Shown piece after piece: positions 57,001-57,329 of a stretch of DNA of 64,000 nt. The DNA lies in contig CAYPCX010000002.1 of NCBI GenBank assembly GCA_964409365.1, positions 160,984-224,983 on the forward strand, in the 5' to 3' direction. The notes under the pieces were generated by a model. It did not search any database and was not told the origin of the DNA. It was given only the letters and a program-made list of their open reading frames with translations. The position numbers were made by a program, and so were the translations under genes. The DNA comes from an uncultured Planctomycetia bacterium (GTDB lineage: Bacteria > Omnitrophota > Gorgyraeia > Tantalellales > Tantalellaceae). Within the stretch, counting starts at the first letter, position 1. The number at the start of each line of letters is the position of its first letter.

Positions 57001-57314
57001 CCATGTCCATCAAACTGACCGCCGAGGACGAGAAGTACTTGAGCGGACTCGGCAAAGAAAACGCTCCGGTATATGTCCGGATGCAGGACCAGGACGGGCG
57101 TGAAAGCGGTATAGCATCGCAGTTACTCTATGCGATAATGGGTATTGTAGCTAACGACGGAGAGATCCAGCCGGAGCTCGGCAGGGTCGAAGTGATGGAA
57201 GACGAAGACGGCACGTACACGTGGTACATATATATACCGAACATGAAGAGGGTTGACTACCAGAAACTGAGAGAGGAGATGAAGAATTACGAAGACATAC
57301 TGACAATGGCATAA
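18039..57314 (+). CDS. Giant multidomain envelope protein (gene 2, ~13,090 aa): conserved N-domain, SecA-like ATPase, polytopic TM block, TolC-like repeats, GH5-like hydrolase, GT2
   Basis: Uninterrupted 39.3-kb ORF with recognisable motifs (see domain entries). The start is uncertain: ATG 18039 or in-frame ATG 18153. The paralog gene 3 aligns only from the RKRYAFFLKIV signal-like helix onward. Confidence 0.95.
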   Translation: MDAWQIIKTWQTKRRLADHDRLAEHGHDGLAQKKAWQTMNTKNAWQSDKKYYIGEEDSIQGVATWRKRYAFFLKIVSIILIAIFTHQQIGWTQDGQPVWAQAKLYNNTYSPGNVNVDGIDVPYDIANKTEVVINGGKEKVIHIQDAHASLAAQESIVKLLDSLVSNYDLSLIALEGAEGYLDTSILSTFPDKDIRDDTAAHLMREGRMSAGEFFAVTRDTADICLYGVEKDELYRKNLESFREVAAERASLVGHTNAFLRQLKALEEKIYSDDLRLLNDNATLHKDGKISFLDYWKKIKSLAERFKIDTGEYGQLNRLLETIELEQEIDFTEANIERRKLVDELSGRMNEKELEGLVLKSVAFRENKVSQADFHNYLVSLAENHEVPHEGYANLIKFAQYVALYETINIIGLYHEVALFEDAIREKLYRNDDERRLYEIAIMTCMLKRLYNMEMTNGDYAFINAYRKSYNAREFAGFAKDKCRKYKVAIEGDYDLSEMLSGMDGAIEFYRLAESRDQTMLANTVRHMRAEGKHVAALITGGYHTKGLTKLMKEKGLSYLVIAPKFEEGKERPYIAVLTGKKKPYQKLLESGKYQLAVEAYFSAENFEEKLVDLKEIISRNLAIKMAEIRDDKKIRGAEERNSKIQEGLDRTRRSWIELFSQRYEAHFGGLEGQKRLETMNVKPITPEEFARTINDGIKLSYSYGTDIVIVFHEDEAEAEEKAVMAIKGRDGQYEQADEVTPEDIKKLSPSSRRFSPVKSASEEKAGKEGGEVLYEADLSTSRGEPVDRKLLKRAFWKSRGVPPIPWGRVFEKYGLEYEKDSFEDLRDSLPEAQKADRDLNKILELEEIDRLTDSHIEILSGAFDTITSGLYEAHVYSQQINIKRGMNSLLELTPEGELELDICLLRAIDKEVKGNAENIGKYINALAWMLEHELWHILIRSDDVIAEELAVIALNVHDFLIMEPETQEALLWLMDNANKNDIDGKNFDVILKDARAAFEAQGGDAEDEEKARQVALGSLGEYFDYLVRIGSVSREDAANRDPKVETARGLYDDLEKIAVSRRVNKIKISAQKELATVEELEAAGKKLKNDAMIQRVVKPVLELKEAARKAGKRISEDDEGLVWDYKAAEASVVSGIAFIERREKIRAAITLAEAGTSTLDDLKDAHKDLTGPEMADMFKGSMTRKYEDLARDYQKAVTGLEEAIAKAEAAGEEVTADEVKAAGEASEAALQAIQEIQSAETALQAQALRTIGEIRSRIVKAEELTIGELEVLKGKLETDPTIQSALEKYPEKIKGEYRYAEIFIESNIKFVEIQEKVRAAAALIDNKEGRTLEALGAAQRELAGISMPRDPRSPKYIKLKKEWENAKNRAQAFQAIGEIRNKVSMDKKPTARKLEEVREDLEGLMEEPAFRKAVGEYPDVSEEYKLAKIMIGNDIDFVKTGDQIMAAIESAGSAVSASKSESGMSALETLEAARQKLEDVPKVHMPDSRYKTPRYAELAGLLRDAETAVVDAIKEKKEAEVAWAKGEMRDIKAWINAVVGSAENPSAVDLGEVEKVFEKLGENDRFEAAGAMSGDVKAEYNGIQEEIASLKDKIRKLKVAEDLRKTEEQQERFDREEAEEKRQQEIQDMLVRIDTTDDLEELTGIRSSGEYQEVRSDNVPGSTDTVEDIFERKRRSVEEADIYWALGAIDAANEMAELVKLGLSSRFRAVQRKEIPSAMREPVDETVAEGRKEAEKGMVINRYNHRKNEIEGIVKSTEKGTERMEQEEAEFAADAAKSEQDRREKEIAWAKGEIQNITTAMGVAINEVVGEAGRITFDSSPAARDIITGAADALNNLEENKRFNTILENNQDVMNGYNEAFDKVRARAAEIMGIEIAWAEERISDIRSLMSNIVGGTKRSDLGLNGVLAEYEKLGKNEDFKAIKERSADIAAEYEKIRGGIVSLQEEIKRLEEAKKRRQLAQDELVSISLELDRIREKGQVSLADFDPVVAALNAFPLKHEEIFDIRNKSRENDVIYNMHLCLSRMVLEEIDRVKQEIEGRKKEAEKAKTALEQISGSVATLEGMTYGELRNARQSLVDFRDKFRDVIAEDDQLRKGYEAIKEKVDGAIGRIETAIFGDTVENIEAGVKEQTGVDVAAGTKRSPIQKGDGTDENMELKQQLIESHNETYWEKCISLAKEAGKELDKTINPKFVKTVFYSFYDASTGDVENLSLEEVTDLCEKRSIVTSDAETTAKDRIRNLQVISDRNVEIKMVYGEVCAECERSINALIGFLQRIGGEDESDVLGVDSNFTPVNGFLISSSDDNLVCPLQHLDGIYERNIARLKATLESQLGSKEHTAKVALIGRYNKRIRGRCEELANDLGIAPGYGSAIAEEFYSIDPSFQERGVNAVIAECEAKSNAVKNEGEVRKRIANKKLIDDSNSRIEAEYGGYLNALREECGQAAHAAFGTVNVEDFYVADSAENLDLPEQELQAVVEGKQSELATTVDRFIQRKREIDRANATIRAAFIICNPGLTDAEKENLEATNPLNFIDASNPEFYQANVNVDVLCGLHIVSVPLAASSDQATEAADATKEMLKQILADEFAKNYSEKTKEEWPDEVSAPESFLITADDVEEREKALGAEITQEDLAILWVEKNTVISEYFAGRSAEEIKEEFAQYIAEAKPQPAQTAPAPAPAPTPTPVPTPTPASAAAVTSEKVIAETVNGYIEPANGMTDAVFHVQYRRKYGIELPKGPEGVKKAPRFHITKEDKEIQEFIDELKARPELMLEQLKNEALSFVTGLHGARSGQIESYFNLIEGVNTDLVEIWGKCVEQAGEIPEMLLVTEDDALAWATTPEFAKTDVHEIIAEKVNEIEMWAPWLNPVRLVSTPERLGDIQPSDDAGGEGYGERAYPNQNARIIDEHNVAVRALHDEYLEQVGSEGDSLNGLWETFPEGGITDEEKRRVINVAFGTYLYMQPTEDLLGEMDEEALENLRQDCEQRMKDAANPGAVFGIVQEVVAKLELIDNYRRQVKGMIDDLNQSLKGLSPEEREAKKEQAAELLTLDVDKHSQGNMEEHIDAIVERVNARRDAINEAVAEIKGTEKVEMAPLVAPPLRAPPVAEEPAPAPAEEPTPAPAAEPTSAPTPHAPAEPSAPTPPPVQPPAPPTTPPAASTPPAPGADGLNQTERDLLNAANTVTDGKITSYRKGQVDAMRLLKQGTFVELRTGGGKTLTLGGAALSRFKETGESVFIMTHEDDLTRQAMEKDQMGEILSKCGAKTGFIVKDARGNERGYIYENGTGRFAKEVEEVYENCDIIYAKWDIVVHRHLREKIGGDDVRKVLSGKKRFNLFDEADLMLVFGSATPAVIQGDELEGTDKRLRVREIIDRVAAEMVEKKEGYHEREESEEIFLDYDGKTKSKIDDAFSGYRNDQVIMNMVETEWDFFLIDAIKAHRFYKEGERYKIGEPDESGNREVIVIDEQTQAPKPGMTFGEGLHQAVAIKAAAEHKNLSINIPAETYTGMSETIVQFLNSDVVSDFAGASGTMEIPRLESIYPGKKVEQVKGIDEKLKNEGYKGFETKAEKWQGILESLNRRIAGNHPVLIKVESDVETEKLRYFIWTGVLGMTYDLDPELRERLEKDKDLQDMIREARKNRQLVDQLREKFIEKSVIINTADARHPGEFARAIDQAGYANVITIATNMAHRGIDIEIKGKYLNADGTEGVEVPPVEELSPGLHVISAYLDESEAFEIQTMGRADRGAHQGSWEGLFSLPETKGRFGAERTERIFIAHETLLEQQISGLRAAVKNDDKDAIKGLIGEIRDRIVSEQNENDRKRRKHEDRVFGYQEELLHYGEVIAENTESFRIFLVDINAVDAATAVEMRDEDVEELRKIFLELIRKELQKFQTEQQISRNRLDRLAAEAAIGWKGAFGQYQSESDKIISAGQNLDDRLNNVIEDLSIAIANSMKRPLSEVRETERRPLISDKGLQQVKAIFLIVGLCAFLAFVGVGPVRGMLLPALNAFVRAHPALAGVIAVTLFIPTVHLRQIYAKKIGAVDETTERLMPFTAGYGEGDLRKSFQGWAIVNLLRILAGPSLYAGAGMVIVSITHPILTTASLAVPVMPMAVALISIGLAIAANIALIQMFKPEFEKRAKHVTADSDQLQSGFNAFVRTLVIGLGILFAIQIGDGMVVKTLLSVAAVALSAYVARTIRMKADEGYYKSAGHIHTGVILGLGATIAVLVAASLLGGAAIAGYAHPIMKGVVAVLAIGTIISQFVLAGKLAKEARRPLIKEGKAEKARWRGRAAFIRSFVPNARTVFMYGAIIWSFYQCGGIVPMLLYVGIPAAIVTYLVHRYSVKIERRFGKRVSRIVTSIGNKMVMASAVVTPIVLYPAAAYGAEELKKKLAVRQEDKVEALLRQQEYSPEQLAGLKRLRKNIGRVFDKVKSGSWQRAVEKDKAREIAAKVTAVEKLIEEAKSEREIRKIKMPKDIPAEFRAHLREVKLEKLKKLKTSLVLAEQMAAKALAELDPIEVPGSYPVKWKQRIEDIWNGKDPEVGIHDVTLLMATGVLDIMARAKTPEEIDAVGLPAFFSPEVEKFVEEVKADKQNYRKIVDMLLAARANRANDIFGTVKVPVGIPVDWARRVNGVRLDQKELGKTLNRILSAETEKDLDRIHVQPGELPMAWTDSLYEMKPEQLALRKIMQRIKSAKTLEELEKVDVAGGIPPKWRTRVEKMKADLIKVRKALTFVIEAETLEELQRMKIPEDLPEEWKEDIKKIRDDQIELRKVLARIRDVEKYEDFEALEAVEVPISLPDELKERVEKVRDDQKKLLEAEFALGRLRAAETPEDLAQIREDLEMQEVLKDFPIHIEKGEHLAYEIKSLLASKKKRLENATSRKKAVIDKLVEGLYKETVAFGKNIDASFKETVETLEENQRSAVRRLAHIDLAKGYGGKLAEVMKTIAAAEDQDKLDRIKIPAGIAAEDKYELEQSRKEQMELIKIRARVKGVATSVDFVQERLEKLEKTVPEELENAAAGVAREIHARVLEVLQEARDAVSKKDFDGATEKMQHAKYLTNVLVVFMESGLRIEGLDTKSLLGELEAVNKGRRAAFEGKEAKEDIKLLNKETERERKAIDESKKRLDAAKYEFRAKEIRLESERRSIRERLEKAGLGKIESPTGAGYEIGGMFGMVLTAGPGDSGKIEEIEHYRAAGALMGEELDKLIKEKKVKFYYKKDGKKEYVTPDKAIAFSMATHAEYMKKTYKVHRGSPSEPLCVLKRQLGGKPGRAMIVMDKRTLLELYKRDFRFFDKEGKRIYMRQMWRRIQGDFIVTEDEKVPVRPTREYYGEKFEDRKTRKKITEHSTFICPEEGGTFKVAVAQKLDWFEDYNGLKREHVVFDGRNSPAFSFPLDDTVTYYDGEDYEIGTGDVFDLEMYASVYKKGDVQYDLVDAYMVELRYKMEGGKKKFDRIRVFRSEEEAKKRRAEFGNDFRDAKTKETAYPQEKKIPGLKRKPVFDLKARGVSGIMRDEFIWGARKFEDFHYGLSLGGEGPIAYGEKGWFGEEKKVFKVAEQQEYHKAGWSFYNKEDEIIDHNDPELFAEAVKARDAHGREWKLKPTIFIAATEKDENGNREYRVAGTLEEFVQTFGKSFFSDSKFTDKHGKEVSIAPLQEAYLNSFEGAKMKELQMTLNLFYTGQEISRVRGVVDGQEREYEVYHGEEAREKRQELVKKYPEYYKPLKDGKVPKMLWVWKGKGEDGQGLMAAITICDIEDVLGYLKNKRLNLVPLYEYTGFDEEGKKVKKYAEIFTEEQLKDIRKKDSWKKFEKINAMIEVARARYKVREKQRILNARTEGLTLEDAVVLGAIYGPDARKDLLSYWQSVAGITLEGSGVFNIIAKLSFTIPQFENAAGVDIFFRIDPGRDARIANAREMANAHRHRFQRKQQIRALDVVDLFMEMQINRARKEYDEKSMKIFRAQLRRWGLTDEHLRRIEEGKNWNDATNLVKSIIGNKGTPSEQRVLSEINAWMVAKAKMKECDRRQSALQSRLSSLGVNVGEISEKDMDKLLDGLEGMTPDKIIAMFEANGIVDKGDKLSLDLLREEARRRAMRWKIEEARKGPWVYYLGVSFGMPYKVKPLFGMERKGDLNNFELTVPMAKIQKKQRDIAFLRAVKSHREEKELLEEVIPQMEEMIAAMDAYLDDLNQGVRDVTGASRKGRLEENARNEFIGKAEKVWRTLNSLKKEMARTIEDYKIRLEDLEEFVAPEEERELVPGKYTRDMAKRDAIVKAEKSGALASAEADEDKARRLYQEAREKPALLITRLGYTGGGPKNIETSFQLKGPGWKHLEKFLELDVRIAKLQKKYVKERLPYEVQKAYRRCLSAKARVKNLRIAVEKWETALKAAEKRGEVGKATKIKSEMGECEVLRRTAENNLKNARMALEHLTGKKFEELDPSSLDKPLRKPNPNLRLEILKLRKQQAVEILKMREDNSLITALFKMCFSSFKQGEDKDNFGLTFSGDVFEFIQNVDTSPEGFDAFLKKQKVLIRKWDNQIDMERARVRDFKAQNEAELDAARGNLKTAIAEVEADRKYLDSLYRLSLDLRYAGVSLYNEILFMEAKLQNSVNSMEDAVYRYLDALDDCGMTMNAGVILRNFAQRSGLAPSAYNAWRARLEKRLFFYNMGLSVRFQISKFFGAGSPIKNQLAARDNAIFWVDRLLHKMAGDAQWKQFRYYDPVTGRAKLKDDHINAYLYNQKLVSHIDMMNDLMRTEEEIRRAEARAGIELGKYRPKPTFPTMLINIKFNLFKDPLKQEIKGHIVEQEEARMAEEELRDESRLVNVATQYENSRQQENRLKGEIRELDMVISSAEDTIKHRDETSSERGIYRLKTLKLEKEKQLARAEMMTKFFQGQLKEEMKGRAVFVLEDGTPVDVTKIDDAQFKRLWIKFRRGYSALKDLDAAVREWEEVSAQVVAAHPALKRMKALVKEAEGNYKLAGFWMKFSPDVRIWFGLPLSSPSIGGISIEIPLVTDHKRETENVMAYLSMSQAEEGVLDLSEQMRAELRQYKDAIFHTRGLLEDRARSLRLTAGNFVLTFNKYERNDTNIDDVLEKAQEWANARQEFMKLTTSYNRQVRELSAILRKLDVTVPRAPAASGLKGLEKDRGFIAAVGNFMDNLPRPDAARSAEFSKLTRDSQVRAWALVCRDLKHKDREEAIRYMEELTDRLREEQEMPFEEDQGIRTPEMTDIMGLEEDPYFNKAVERFLQVLGPQATKVISQKKGITRKEWVRMLAQLCNTHRCKTREEAVLHVHGMAMWASSLLKRYRMVEGNKEKLHRTFPDFLGTFIYPLTTQEKSGLVNHPERGTYPYLFNMLGLADWLAFSDHVRMDVWGEDEQTARNRTSAHLYDLFDKLSGKDSSDDRWIRIFKEGLNKLGMDLTDEDVRQARCGVAEETSGFMGKPYEVGSPANARVLDVSFRFKNLARMSDEEFDKAMPKLERLRPIAEKHFTPRPGTPEFYRHEEAERLRVLMKDRDTLKKVEDPSDKDRTRLERLEKLIEAEKQTVYDSILAINLFKLYTGITEGCRNEWDFEDNVRYLEEKILPQMEDDKGEFLADYDDPLFNALYFVNHRGEAYPAKQNGKRVTCYVDAAKGEVSINRGMDIFPYEVWKGVFDEEDWTIKGEKDEDGNWTRPWRFQKWGKATKLRNFLFRLPDGSRKVTIRSGYRLPLTEYNKDGSEAKKGYIFKEEDKNRLVVTSETIETEELKHRKVEETWVTFFDDDEKITVSEGWVAGIKGEGESLKAAKGFDAPIKREEFRRVYGWNRIEAEIERMRDERIAQIGDPNVRRALKRAVKKIEDVERRLWEEKVDRTKRAEGEVEKDVRTRTGAKIRALKGEIEELEDDEKFQTRRKEALIEARRELQQVREERKKKAEEIKKRKEKEKAQTDEEKRKEEETIKRLEGEITVLEEQIENKEAAARKLQEKIKEATPVTTAAGSGVSVNLPWRHYGEDVGNYPGATHKGFSSDVGRRFLDARFNEMKEAGITQTRVFLFSNFMPGIVENNDGTFSFQPEVNKDIDALLETADKYGIGLSLVLYNHDFSDGRPTNDDGEKVGEKPELLIGKKDEFLKLTKELVGRLKNHKYAHVVKAIEPFNEPRAIKDAKYNFVKKAMHIVTGIPMDAKDEQGNNKLDEAMKKQWPDAHAEASGYATDAQKGSIAKRAEELREKGQNDAAGELEKADRIAGFDAVRDFASEVAEAAGDIPVVISCMDKDDLWYNWAKESPEILAKKNVAVEMHYYVPVYRTDKDLAGLVGEFPSAGDLRDMLKGAAGRDVPVGIGEVGVYRSKDKAGTPSAAEMEAIVTGFQAKGYEGISFWKDYKVEEGRVYPGATNTNISELGEVIIKAAKPVKPEKEEPAPAQKEELAKMKEALAKQQEEIKKIEEAKGKLEEQKRSLAKDEVTVEEEEKELQELDREIKELEEWQKGIVDDKEAEKWRREAIKERKDQIEEAKRYRDERIAAIAKGDIGRLREEVRALESEKRKEKDAGERAKIQEEIEDRKVVLLSEELVVSLEEDLKTSEENVKLLEEAARGMEKDARQVRGEKARAKRQKEIADKKAEIARKKKEIIRKKKRIAAKKSEKDKLLYKIKQGRIARIDDDIRRKKEAAIAGIIKEEGSSDQLKQALADTIGDIERIRRIAEKAHEKAFDKRLEGSIYVLEGRQWNILTGRMDYRQNRLEDEKKVLLWDQVRDSSKSPGYTIETVYMRDPETDFIVEKRYKIFHFGENKGVKHFYYKAGFQFQGLKDGRELWERKYFVNYDTGVWEEVLPPKIEKGKEIPRERGRDEKGRNFTRTGGAIRYHLYRDENGTTVISRKLMLGQITERYDYAFDYLTELEYDGTTSYSAVIDPGRTVELKPVILKPSRAERNGVNLLKPEYRKQRTIEDGTTFDGRVFTFPSKLIQGGTLSSRDFPEGLTYRPAQEVQYKFHIECKYDHNEQRILVAREERIITNMDGRLLFKVTLDRETNRVKILRFHKTKEIDGKKYDNVMETFVYDRETNELVEKMSHRIVFDEYLRENDRWDLVKSWAIVEEKQDNFADLENVDVRRTYEVAKKIEYHEDGTTTEFMTKKSKDDEWPKIDMEVTTEKNKYGIPVEVVSSGTRQDSKSEEERPFVPVIFEPHAIKRATGPLMRYRSSDGKKLDKPVKIGLLSYDEKEGTLNAVFARPDGTLDIVKVPEDARIIELVEREATKTHVSFGIYDVYGKPLYQDRMTHQRGNGAIHHILHYTPVSGRSKEEDIRRGEVDDSSRSDEYYGYIPKEGDGKEVRVLLKESTVIRNTDTEKNDLYLVENERSQFKRYRKEYEYNLYRAISGLPTSDKPIASKAWRLTPEGEDYPKPYEIVVYRFDLENEQRLIISMYDRKYPDGTDVPANAPLEEGQIVTGLLTTSLKSGIEYESETWRAPLVKAEGKLHLDFAKGSLIARRYRMPETDRFITIHLERDEKTKEYSVKGVFEGEGVIELFGIFPDKKVREFWGLDPKRVVIDPETGEFTGLGDTPDKCVKIDNDNFNEGIARNRVKRYVYDPRNPDYVYSIPWRSDPDYVKGRFYLSQKEGIRKSRLVASFRRSPGVSFEDMIRNAQTTKPWDRKTSEVTRIRAEDAELDMIYTYTGTNYRAHAAKDRGTEPAVFTVKKDGDTWEIYEYPVENEKTGEIDSLRGTQYRVSTTEPKKKDGTKEEGWVKVTLDIGKVVRNIASLSPKMKMADGTLLQDTKNLPDSKTFWLKEVYHWKGVKKKDGTIERVMFNPQGVQVKRTYDPGENKTLRENIDELIKDVGKEHREREKARKKAEEARLHLTERVHAADRKEAEEIAAEDPLFSDTWRNEMVDAIYNKVRNKEAKGEKLSSAQLKALLKRSPKVLATFEKVLERFGLSADYSDPELRNLVLDWTLMTDKEKGVSEWTLVTGKEKEVDFGDSAQMEEFLGYVVAVSRIPEFRELVENSPRITKLNKRPKRIKIIKKAILYAKDKNRGLTDRDIGAKLEYELVSDKKEEGAADRYYERDSRNMLRETVEKSAWVFALAVAAFATLVVIVRLRRARRGKVLATRRFVPRGTGTGTGDDEAEGDDEPGPARHDRPHDGTHAFKPITALAAPLLLTLAMGLVYLAGVYPQGLLWNTILIVLAGHVLLRSIYLLMGGIYATDSLTVPLALSDGTKTAAYSQLPSKAQRYIDRHELIHVFTGGLLAGILNDLIALPALYFPVYDRIINWLLYRAPQEGMGGAVRQRELPQDKPVKIDATANLLQPGGGDRRMALADDLLDTGRDPDRTGLAERIWDRAHGKRSDRKDDGMKGHIHDELMKLEKVRVFRNGGKPAVREIWSNIGIVSLVLAGWIFRGAYVYARWDIGLALLGLVFLVFGVFLNRYVILEFYNKVINKRQRATDQQDTIRGLRGRLAEARENLAELREEYGRHLTNEGWNTLMTMTVQPAFDHPDSYIEAKAQNINILQYIEYCDHWLEFIQDNPEGYKLFARFQGPDYGFSPKYVPTLYVKGEHFTRLVSPDGACLLMPGKVSDYQDDPVYSGWGYREVSDDALYNGPMTYNNAVHFAPINNLPKYMDTLAYKVKTIGRELKIDEYRNRTEGTPRRELYEVINDISDYDHRVTEDKTERTSGGIGTDPARSSYMHGIIRHGLFLVLTLAVMTLLIFAYYSVSPWLIAAKPVVPTGLGWVAAVTVTMGPLYFVNIANLQKLFFLIVRFKGRDETAEDEDHIMRFVPENIIEQAIYDAVADMRQDGQGDRVPGFLADWLHGHRGDMDVKGLLQAIRKDYQENYRILAIEGMSPSDHPYYRLLLHHGLLQALFLSTMEREELVDKLRNIAREDDRVREWIGLAIDDDDAWEAFKEENRDCSCTDIIERLGKEGVLHLIGNHPGVFPDIYLLLTIFGKFSPKDRQTTKNKFRRLVTTLLDFYPGTAKVEDVKDLPARVVPCIDDNDRNLFQAVEELFGVEWDEGSGKNIDGVNFRDYLEKLMLDATGDEGANYGKNQPKLTMKPNLNTRAVSSLQYKLGKNNIPLPRYIELVDEEDMLQPLLAISKQCVLNMRSRAIRAQLKAKEENEDDNVAQELDKEAWGIDIDRQRPELERDFNVKLEGLCSLAGVSEDDLGAFMDEFEETMTGGRDARGLAMDNGIRIIERQMLSLRDGISAAEGQLRVLKGMLMSENNANRRKPIKDRIAEKEAEIRRARGELQVRELERREIYAGKCADSPEAIDRSRYMLYAFLRSLTYDIKTGEEETNERENVRSIAKRNYIRNEFEARNTPDVIQSELRLITMDVPNWSKWSFVDYFAWHNAIQIGQTKTGFLFLGGTGNGFLWKNLAGTEFVFSKEGEMIGQAPLQWRAELMMSLKPMRDRVFKEETEREEKLRGEGFIYRAWYRLSRLIWTDRDMQKILLPSKGFFNYLNDLRLAGAWDPYNQIEDAERGSRLALFKLMATRLVGKFSQVLEEALPALGPGWWKQRQRWIILQAFWVIVSYPPALMMFVGQIFMAGLGCYVVSASSGVLLGVFVGGPLGFILGALVFYWLGQLIYHGLMIRTGMSRNYQWQQDPIFSIGGPGVKGWFKGLWILQNMAFLSASSLILTLAFAVGVFITLLYGGSVFVLAAGVAVKGTSGIYILGILGIAFLIKAFYNRVVKPVAAIPAKPTPKDLEGIEKDMGKMGVLAGLLTRLFLGRSPKLRLWFLVSAIGTIAMLVFGALFYGMPRITPAAILGGLAALAIVSLWDAYAKQEIYERVESGYRRTALIVITGIAAFVVALLVFYLAVSYLGPAFGTGNAAGEILVADAQNLNDSITRLDYFLPVWWAGALLMIWQPLVIVGVAFVSLVRFAIENEESISEGAIRDLVDDEFSYLKGFKGPIKDENTDTVREEDAGKAFLEQRRTKLEIWGRTPDGTDGYTYVNIKDTDAIVGLLDEYKDWLDQQADNYLDTPQEIYLGEDQKEDKFGSGDTAYGIRPDDGITIMDIKKEGRTVYSIGLDNGNIVEFTSIEEDGRQNVVSVSSVNSSPILDAAGNVIDGAIHIYDNNNSERITVIFGANSIRIRKMNPQSCAHRRAIVEHIKKFASMAQQDIQGVYRLSWMAWAVGLILTLLVPYLLYVQLGVTLLVAHIPMVIGAFILAVCGFERAYMWWHKEPGKAPESPYRFGRFARHMLKYLLPIAVLMDYYNQMYEPARRCVARCWFVMALWWVAEGFWTRGRTDAVQIGLGESLADAKILHEKAKSWVSFRGPIATVTILVIVIILILPVIFFGQLIRLEIDRAHGLLDSDLNRYVAGDISDEGILRENYNRQEHGKGAGWVAKWIWGRYNTKRSVEQRVGYLRAKIEELGRANERGESESEKERRKKGVRVWVEEFEKDMRRLVRRNPNLRSYAWGRILELYRALDNAECGGMEKGGYLPLPAENGEAGMPAGKPEADAGRTEEKDDKAPKGEYLVQLDKQNPEQGFDFEPDSKNNVLRVDLRFPDSLDGCRLAADISVGGKGLETVLIGPNTKPLLERNWAVISEKRIHSLGYEKTTEKWVTYYIVRKDGGPLKKARVTIRITAPGDRTAPIGSEIMGRIGIRGPRTQKLKFKPFDDGGKEGPPQVRESKRPPKDKHRFDKKEEKARRTGMRVPKKKEKRGIAPLPQKRPQPRGRQKGFTLKHLLLLVAAPGLMMIAWFNPGLFLAVVAGVSISFFVGMAAMRPARYYDISGMELRLYIPEDIRTELALTRDVDMRLINESGVELVAVAGHDREAMIEKINEETRGEKVLCAVLDSTAIDSGFRTSDGEVDTEKLGELMQEFANQAQRDIIRLMHPELEDLDVPGVEEIMKAGRIRDVAVLYARLLEDIESMELASKSIADMRLNKLHVDLLPEKVAGVDRYVAELEQRDKAKHISVRARGLADLKFIANAIAGMGLDSDAGEARENASKFIQVRLTDQNVKTKDDLVKYMKDTGLDRYLNVDNVVLVTPEDDTSLKGTLEMVKRTFADARDHQIAIGDIVTEGDAMSIKLTAEDEKYLSGLGKENAPVYVRMQDQDGRESGIASQLLYAIMGIVANDGEIQPELGRVEVMEDEDGTYTWYIYIPNMKRVDYQKLREEMKNYEDILTMA
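18046..18235 (+). repeat. CTTGGCA heptamer array at the 5' end of gene 2
   Basis: Exact CTTGGCA at 18046, 18064, 18083, 18101, 18125, 18142 and 18169, plus CTTGGCG at 18229. Spacings are 18, 19, 18, 24, 17, 27 and 60 nt. Copies fall in two different codon phases (AWQ/TWQ versus RLA/GLA). Confidence 0.93.
18390..19841 (+). other. Conserved N-terminal domain shared by genes 2 and 3 (possible TraB/Tiki/ChaN/EreA-like metal-binding fold)
   Basis: Motifs IHIQDAH (18459-18479), IALEGA, LYGVE, RDQTM and ITGGYH (GGYH at 19656-19667). These are collinear with gene 3 IQDCH / AIEGA / LYGVE / RNKAM / ISGGHH. The fold assignment is inferred from motif order. Confidence 0.6.
27345..27416 (+). repeat. 24-bp tandem repeats within a Pro/Ala/Thr linker before the SecA-like domain
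   Basis: GAAGAGCCGGCCCCTGCCCCCGCA / GAAGAGCCGACCCCTGCCCCCGCG / GCAGAACCGACTTCTGCTCCAACG, encoding EEPAPAPA, EEPTPAPA and AEPTSAPT. Confidence 0.85.
27526..29560 (+). other. SecA-like DEAD-motor ATPase domain embedded in gene 2
   Basis: ELRTGGGKT at 27648-27674 (SecA EMxTGEGKT), FDEAD (DEAD at 28032-28043), IDEQT..GEGLHQAV (SecA VDEFTGR..DGLHQA), AGASGT, HPVLI, ITIATNMAHRGIDI (SecA VTIATNMAGRGTDI) and GLHVI..ES..Q..GRADR..GS. All are in SecA order. Confidence 0.88.
29950..31170 (+). other. Polytopic membrane block (~11-13 TM helices) directly after the SecA-like domain
   Basis: Run of long hydrophobic segments from AIFLIVGLCAFLAFVGVG to MVMASAVVTPIVLYPAAAYG. Confidence 0.8.
31380..32960 (+). 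repeat. About 10 protein repeats of ~43 aa (I.xA.T.EEL..I.IP..LP.EW...V.....DQ)
   Basis: Copies begin EEAKSEREI, AAKALAEL, RAKTPEEI, ARANRANDI, SAETEKDL, SAKTLEEL, EAETLEEL, DVEKYEDF, AAETPEDL and AAEDQDKL. Confidence 0.8.
35523..39370 (+). other. TolC/outer-membrane efflux (OEP)-like region, about six half-repeats
   Basis: Begins LTLEDAV. Each unit has helix, short beta hairpin, then long helices, e.g. ERLPYEVQKAYRRCLSAKARV..AENNLKNARMALEHLTG and AHPALKRMKALVKEAEGNYKLA..SPDVRIWFG..GGISIEIPL..YERNDTNIDDVLEKAQEWANARQEF. Length is about 1,280 aa. Confidence 0.68.
41928..43070 (+). other. Clan GH-A (GH5-like) glycoside hydrolase TIM barrel
   Basis: GVSVNLPW, EMKEAGITQTRVFLF, LLETADKYGIGLSLVL, acid/base FNEP (NEP at 42399-42407), MHYY, nucleophile PVGIGEVG (E at 42954-42956) and GISFW. 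Confidence 0.82.
50700..53550 (+). other. Family 2 glycosyltransferase with QxxRW motif plus TM helices
   Basis: MKPNLN, LVDEED (DEED at 51144-51155), VIQSEL, FLGGTGNGF, AWDPYNQIEDAERGSRL, LEEA..WWKQRQRW (QRQRW at 52443-52457), then several TM helices. Confidence 0.82.
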
Positions 57315-57329
57315 TACAGAACCTAACCT

